Source: Thecamonas trahens ATCC 50062 (Eukaryota; Protista; Apusomonadida). Taken from it: DNA of 64,000 nt. The notes beneath the pieces were generated by a model. It saw nothing but the letters and a program-made list of their open reading frames with translations, made no database searches and had not been told where the DNA came from. Made by a program: the position numbers and the translations under genes. Below are positions 60,601 to 64,000 of this stretch, piece by piece. Numbering within the stretch: the stretch's first letter is position 1; the number at the start of each line of letters is the position of its first letter. The stretch covers positions 497,052 to 561,051 of the forward strand of contig NW_013657667.1 in the NCBI RefSeq assembly GCF_000142905.1. The letters run 5' to 3'.

Positions 60601-62726
60601 AAAAGCTTGTCAGCAAGATGAACAAGAGAAATGGCGCCAAGTTGCACTCGCTCGGCTCGGCCAGGCATACGGCCGGTTTGTCGTCGAGGAGCTCGCTCAA
60701 CTCGGCAGGTTCGGGTGGATCCAACGGCTCGAGCGCGGGTGGTTACGGGACGAGCAACGGGGTCAACGCCGCACTCGGCTCGTTGCTGTGGACGGCACCC
60801 GAGGTGCTGCAGAACGGCGCCAGTGCATCATCACCTGCGTCTGATGCGTTCGCCTTTGCCATCACGGCATGGGAGATTCTGACGCGTATGGAGCCGTATG
60901 CAGGGATGCACCCGGTGGCGGCGGCGACCAAGGTGTCGGATGGGAGCCTGCGCCCGATTCTTGGCGTTGTGCCCGACTGGGGCAAGTCGGTGGTGCCCTT
61001 GCTCGAGGAGGCGTGGCACGCTCAGCCGACGGCGCGGCCGCCGCTCTCTGTCATCGGCAAGAAGCTCTCGTCGCAGTATGTGCGCAAGCAGATTGTGCAC
61101 CCGATGCCGGCGAATCTGCCGAGCGGTGAAGTGGTGGCTGTTCTTATCTCGTGTTCGGAGAATGTCGCCCAACTTAGCGTCGACGTGGGCGAGTGTCGCG
61201 AGGCACTGCTCGCCTTCCATGGCATGCTTGACACGCTCGTGGGCGCGCCGAGCTGCAGCGGCGTTATCGCCGATCGAACCCTCGCACACGCAATGGTTGT
61301 GTTCAACGTCCCGGCGCACTTTGCATCGTTCGCAGCCGATGCTCTCCGGATGATGGGCAGTGGACCGATGCGTGTCAAGATGGTGGCGGCACACGGCACG
61401 ATTGTGACGGTTGCACAGGGCGGGACCGAGAACTCAGACCAGCGGTTGCTTCAGTTCTCAGGCCCCGTGATATCCGAGATTCTGTCGCGCAACGCGCCAC
61501 TTGAGGTCACCGGCATCCTTGTTGCTCCGAGCCTCACCGGCCCGGTGGTCGAGGCGGTGGCGGCGTTCAAGGACGCCGCGGCGTCCAACACAGCCGACGT
61601 GATTACGGACATTGGCTCGACCCTCGACTCGGCTTTCCCGGACAACCGAAGTGAGGTGCGGACACCATACGACTCGATGATGCTGGCTGGCGCCAGTGGA
61701 CAAGGGCTTGGTATCGCGGTCGTCCGGGACTCGACTGAGAGCGGATGGGCGATGGTGGTAAGCGAGACCACAACCAGCACGGCGGCGCCGGCTGAGATGA
61801 CGCATGCGTCGCTGGTGCCGGCATCATCGGTCAACTCGCTGACAAGTGAGCGGCTCACGCTCTCGGCACTCCAGAGCGGGTCGTCGTTCTTGGTCTCCGG
61901 ACCGGTGATGAAACGGGTGCTGGCCAAGGGGAGCGAGCTGTGTGTCGGCTCGTTCTCACGGGTGGCAGCGTCGGATGCAGACGGGTCACCGGTGGTGACC
62001 AAGACTGTGCTCGAGCAGACCATGTCGTCGGTGGCACTGGTTGAGCTTGTCATGGCCATGGCGTTGCAGTTTGAGCTCATCAAGTCTTTGCCGGATGCAG
62101 TCCTCGCTCCCATCGCTGTCTGTCCGTTTCGGCCGCACATCTCAGTCATGTACCCGCTGGTCGAGCTCGGCTCGATCGGCGACGCCATCGCTGCTGGGAA
62201 CTTTGGTGGCGAGTTCTCCCGCCGTGTCTCGGTGGCGCTGGCGCGGGCGCTGTTTGCGCTCCACACCGAGGGCGTGACGCACGGCTCGATCAAGCCGAGC
62301 AATGTAATGCTTATGGAGGCGAGCGGGTCCAAGGTCACACTTATGGATGTAGGCATCAATGGCATCAAGACCTCGCTCTCCACCATGACAATGTCGCCAT
62401 CGGTCTCGTACTCGTGCCCCGAGGTGCTCAACGGCGAAGCCGTTGGACAGGGCTCGGACATCTTTGGCTTTGCATCGACGGTCTTTGAGCTTGTCAGCGG
62501 TAAGCAGGCGTTCACCGGCATCAACGCCATGCAGGTCGCGTACAGGATCATGTCCAGCACAGTACCACCCACGGCACACATCCATCCGGAGCTTGCTGCG
62601 CTGCTTGTCTCGTGCTGGGCACCGGCTGCGTCAGACCGACCCCATATGTCGGAGGTTGTCCAGCACTTGTCGCGGTTCACCTCGCTCGAGTTTACGGTGG
62701 CAGGGACTGTCGGCGGCGAGCGGTAA
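57609..62726 (+). CDS. Receptor kinase B: signal peptide, two PstS-like domains, TM, TKL kinase, cyclase-like domain, pseudokinase
   Basis: GAGATFP, YSPVGSGTG, FAGSD and RSGTT (PstS motifs); TM IVAILVPLVVMVVVCGVLAAVWI; GTGSFG, AIK, HRDMKSLN, DFG, APE; second kinase HGSIKPSN. Confidence 0.93.
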   Translation: MRLKTAFVLTLLAALAVASTRGKQPAWERDNASDDGSDNNDGSFSVTAAHVQVGEVLAGVTVASRLAEFAGRAAIIGENGISGTAWKPKLRATSFDEGLDLLLANLPTAVSNGPWKPNAEVGLEDAAALAAGGEAPSFVTAALGTAVGTRDVVDRKCAGLGLSKCGEMLEIFPWALSHLIPTINLPGVGSSLVLDLHLLHEILLGEITMWNDPEIAELNPGRLLPSSPITLISYPELAITDVFEALLTNDTHDEAPLFSSSNTIETEDAIAAASMLFATSNSLAILTSQTVTQGGYTRLVIPKLINAAGVVVSYSERSVTAAAALLDDDASEALNSKAEDAWPLVFTEWMVMPSKIQGVDPQFCSAMVSSMSGVKFLISSLFITERLWLYGHVPLPRALRSIVVQRLQQFECNGVELAVSVDRVDGAGATFPSNVYVQAIELFNVLTSSQLSYSPVGSGTGKARLVAGQMLFAGSDSALSDADLNAVPTLVQLPSLAGAVAISYKIKMTSDAPALVPTLVLSRSALADIYRGAITAWNHPQIEALNPGLAPYLTNATICIHVVDFRSGTTGILTAALSTFSPAWAATIGETTYIDEWPAERPETGGCVVRHPTKTSLVNGMFADPNAIGYSNLERAQRLGVPLASLVNRAGTTVEASAATVQSAIIDAQDRNAPNSRLPYVKPLANGGSQLSWPISGYTYFVMDCHAKSNCDKLRQAAKFYQWLVTSPDASVIASSLGFAALPNVTTMLTVGELERCTCGGRPLLDPCSDGLCADAATSTGISAGTIVAILVPLVVMVVVCGVLAAVWIHSRSRDVVFKLEVDEDILVANEELELGSAIGTGSFGTVYLAHWRGSPMAIKYMHGLEENTARLAEFVDEASVLLKLRHPHIVLFMGVVLEPAGIVTEFLPHGSLYTVLHNSELQIERNLALWWMHCIAMGLDFLHHGGMVHRDMKSLNVLLDAGWVPKICDFGLSSCSESSASMSLSRKEQSRRARKLKKLVSKMNKRNGAKLHSLGSARHTAGLSSRSSLNSAGSGGSNGSSAGGYGTSNGVNAALGSLLWTAPEVLQNGASASSPASDAFAFAITAWEILTRMEPYAGMHPVAAATKVSDGSLRPILGVVPDWGKSVVPLLEEAWHAQPTARPPLSVIGKKLSSQYVRKQIVHPMPANLPSGEVVAVLISCSENVAQLSVDVGECREALLAFHGMLDTLVGAPSCSGVIADRTLAHAMVVFNVPAHFASFAADALRMMGSGPMRVKMVAAHGTIVTVAQGGTENSDQRLLQFSGPVISEILSRNAPLEVTGILVAPSLTGPVVEAVAAFKDAAASNTADVITDIGSTLDSAFPDNRSEVRTPYDSMMLAGASGQGLGIAVVRDSTESGWAMVVSETTTSTAAPAEMTHASLVPASSVNSLTSERLTLSALQSGSSFLVSGPVMKRVLAKGSELCVGSFSRVAASDADGSPVVTKTVLEQTMSSVALVELVMAMALQFELIKSLPDAVLAPIAVCPFRPHISVMYPLVELGSIGDAIAAGNFGGEFSRRVSVALARALFALHTEGVTHGSIKPSNVMLMEASGSKVTLMDVGINGIKTSLSTMTMSPSVSYSCPEVLNGEAVGQGSDIFGFASTVFELVSGKQAFTGINAMQVAYRIMSSTVPPTAHIHPELAALLVSCWAPAASDRPHMSEVVQHLSRFTSLEFTVAGTVGGER

Positions 62727-64000
62727 AGAATGGGTTAAGTCGTGGAATTTGATCCATGGCGTGCTGAGCGAGGTGAGAGAGCGGCGGCGGATGGTGGCCG
62801 AGTACTTTATCGGGGGAGGGCTCGTGAAGGTGGAGGAGGCTGGGCAGTAAATGACGAGGGGCAAGAGTCATGGTGGGAATGGGGGAGATGGTGGTGGCTG
62901 TGATCTTGTTTACTTGTGATTGGGGTGTGTTGGGTGTGGTAGAGGTGGTGTTGCTGATGCTGCTGGTCTTGCTGATGCGATTGCTGTCGGGTCGTCCAAG
63001 TCGCCGTGCCCGTCGTCGTCGGGATTGAGGCATGGTAGGCCAATGGGAGTGGGTGCAGAGGTTGAGGGGAGGCGTGGATGAGGATGTGGTTGGGGACGAG
63101 AGTGAGAGGAGGAGTGGCTTGTTTTCGGCCAGTTGGACTTGGGCCTAGTCATGATCAGCGGCGCAGTTGGCAGGAGGGGCGTCGATGGAGACGAGGGCTT
63201 GGGATTGGTGGAGGGGCAGTTTTGAGTTGCGGGGCGAGAGGGAGGAGGGTAGAAGGGAGGGTGAGTACGATCAGGCTAGGAAGTGGTCATGGGTGCGCCA
63301 TCGTCAGTTGGTGTCGATGTCGGTGCAGGGGAGTGGGTGGGCTGGGCTGGCGACTGGCGATGGAGGTGATGGTGATGGCGACGATGACAATCATGTGCAT
63401 CAGGCCAACAGTATCTGCGTCATTGTACTCGATGTCGTGCTTCTGCTCGTCCTTCTGATCCCGATCTTGCGTCCTCATCCTCGACCTCGGCCTCGAACCT
63501 GGGTTAGGCGCTCGCTCGTTTGGGCTGTCGCTCACAAGGGCCCGCCCGGCAGGATCCGGCGCCGATGGTGATACGCAGCAGCTGGCTTGTTTGCGATGCA
63601 TGGATCATTCATCCCACTTCCATGTCATATCCCTCTCATCCTCCCTCTCTCTCTCCCCAACAGCCGCAGCGGCCTCAGCCACGGTCACCGCCTCGGGTCG
63701 TCCTCCGCCATCGCAACCATGAACCTGCCACCTCAACCATCACTCCCATCACCAGCCATCGCCATCCCCCATCACTATCCTCATCAGCATCAGCATTATC
63801 ACCAACCTGGTCATCGCCGCCTCGGGCTTGGGCTTCCTCTTCTCGCGCCTCAGCAGCAGCACGGCGCCCATGCCGGCGAGTGGCTGAGCGACGAGCGGCT
63901 GGCCGTCACTTGATCACTCGCTGCTCGCCTCGGCCTCGGCCACAGCAGCAGCGCTAGCTGTGGCAGCCATCACACTCATCCCACTCGGGCCATCTACACC

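Noticed and set aside
51818-62726. Receptor kinases as an endogenous giant-virus insertion
   Set aside because: No viral hallmark genes, no obvious composition shift and no insertion boundaries; the flanks are ordinary host genes.
1-64000. Hundreds of long antisense and alternative-frame ORFs in the track
   Set aside because: They are shadows of GC-rich codon usage opposite real genes, with low-complexity Ser/Arg/Ala translations and no motifs.
62730-64000. Possible gene in the terminal low-complexity region
   Set aside because: No long frame or recognisable domain on either strand within the window; it may be degraded sequence or part of a gene outside the window.

Overview
A GC-rich, gene-dense eukaryotic (protist) window. 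It has about 32 protein-coding genes, few GT-AG introns (donors GTACGT/GTACGC/GTATGT, often with sense-strand poly-C tracts) and two N-gaps. Paxillin, NELF-C/D, ZNF330, Rab32/38 and a PstS-type receptor kinase family, together with the composition, suggest a unicellular relative of opisthokonts such as an apusomonad (inference). Other recognisable genes include a Coq1-type prenyl synthase, LCB1, EMC10, an HSF, an actin-like protein, GCP5, cytochrome c peroxidase, DES1, Nup93, USP35/38, a DEDDh exonuclease, a soluble PPase and alpha-SNAP. The most notable feature is a head-to-head pair of paralogous ~1700-aa receptor kinases: signal peptide, two PstS-like binding domains, TM, TKL kinase, degenerate class III cyclase-like domain, pseudokinase. 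One copy keeps the phosphate-binding motifs and the other has lost them. Also noteworthy are a paxillin with nine LD motifs, a stand-alone FLASH/CASP8AP2-like N-terminal protein, a secreted MRH paralog, stop-codon-spanning duplications and a piggyBac-like fragment. Eight single-base-deletion frameshifts in seven genes are most likely sequencing errors. No rRNA, tRNA or CRISPR array was recognised.
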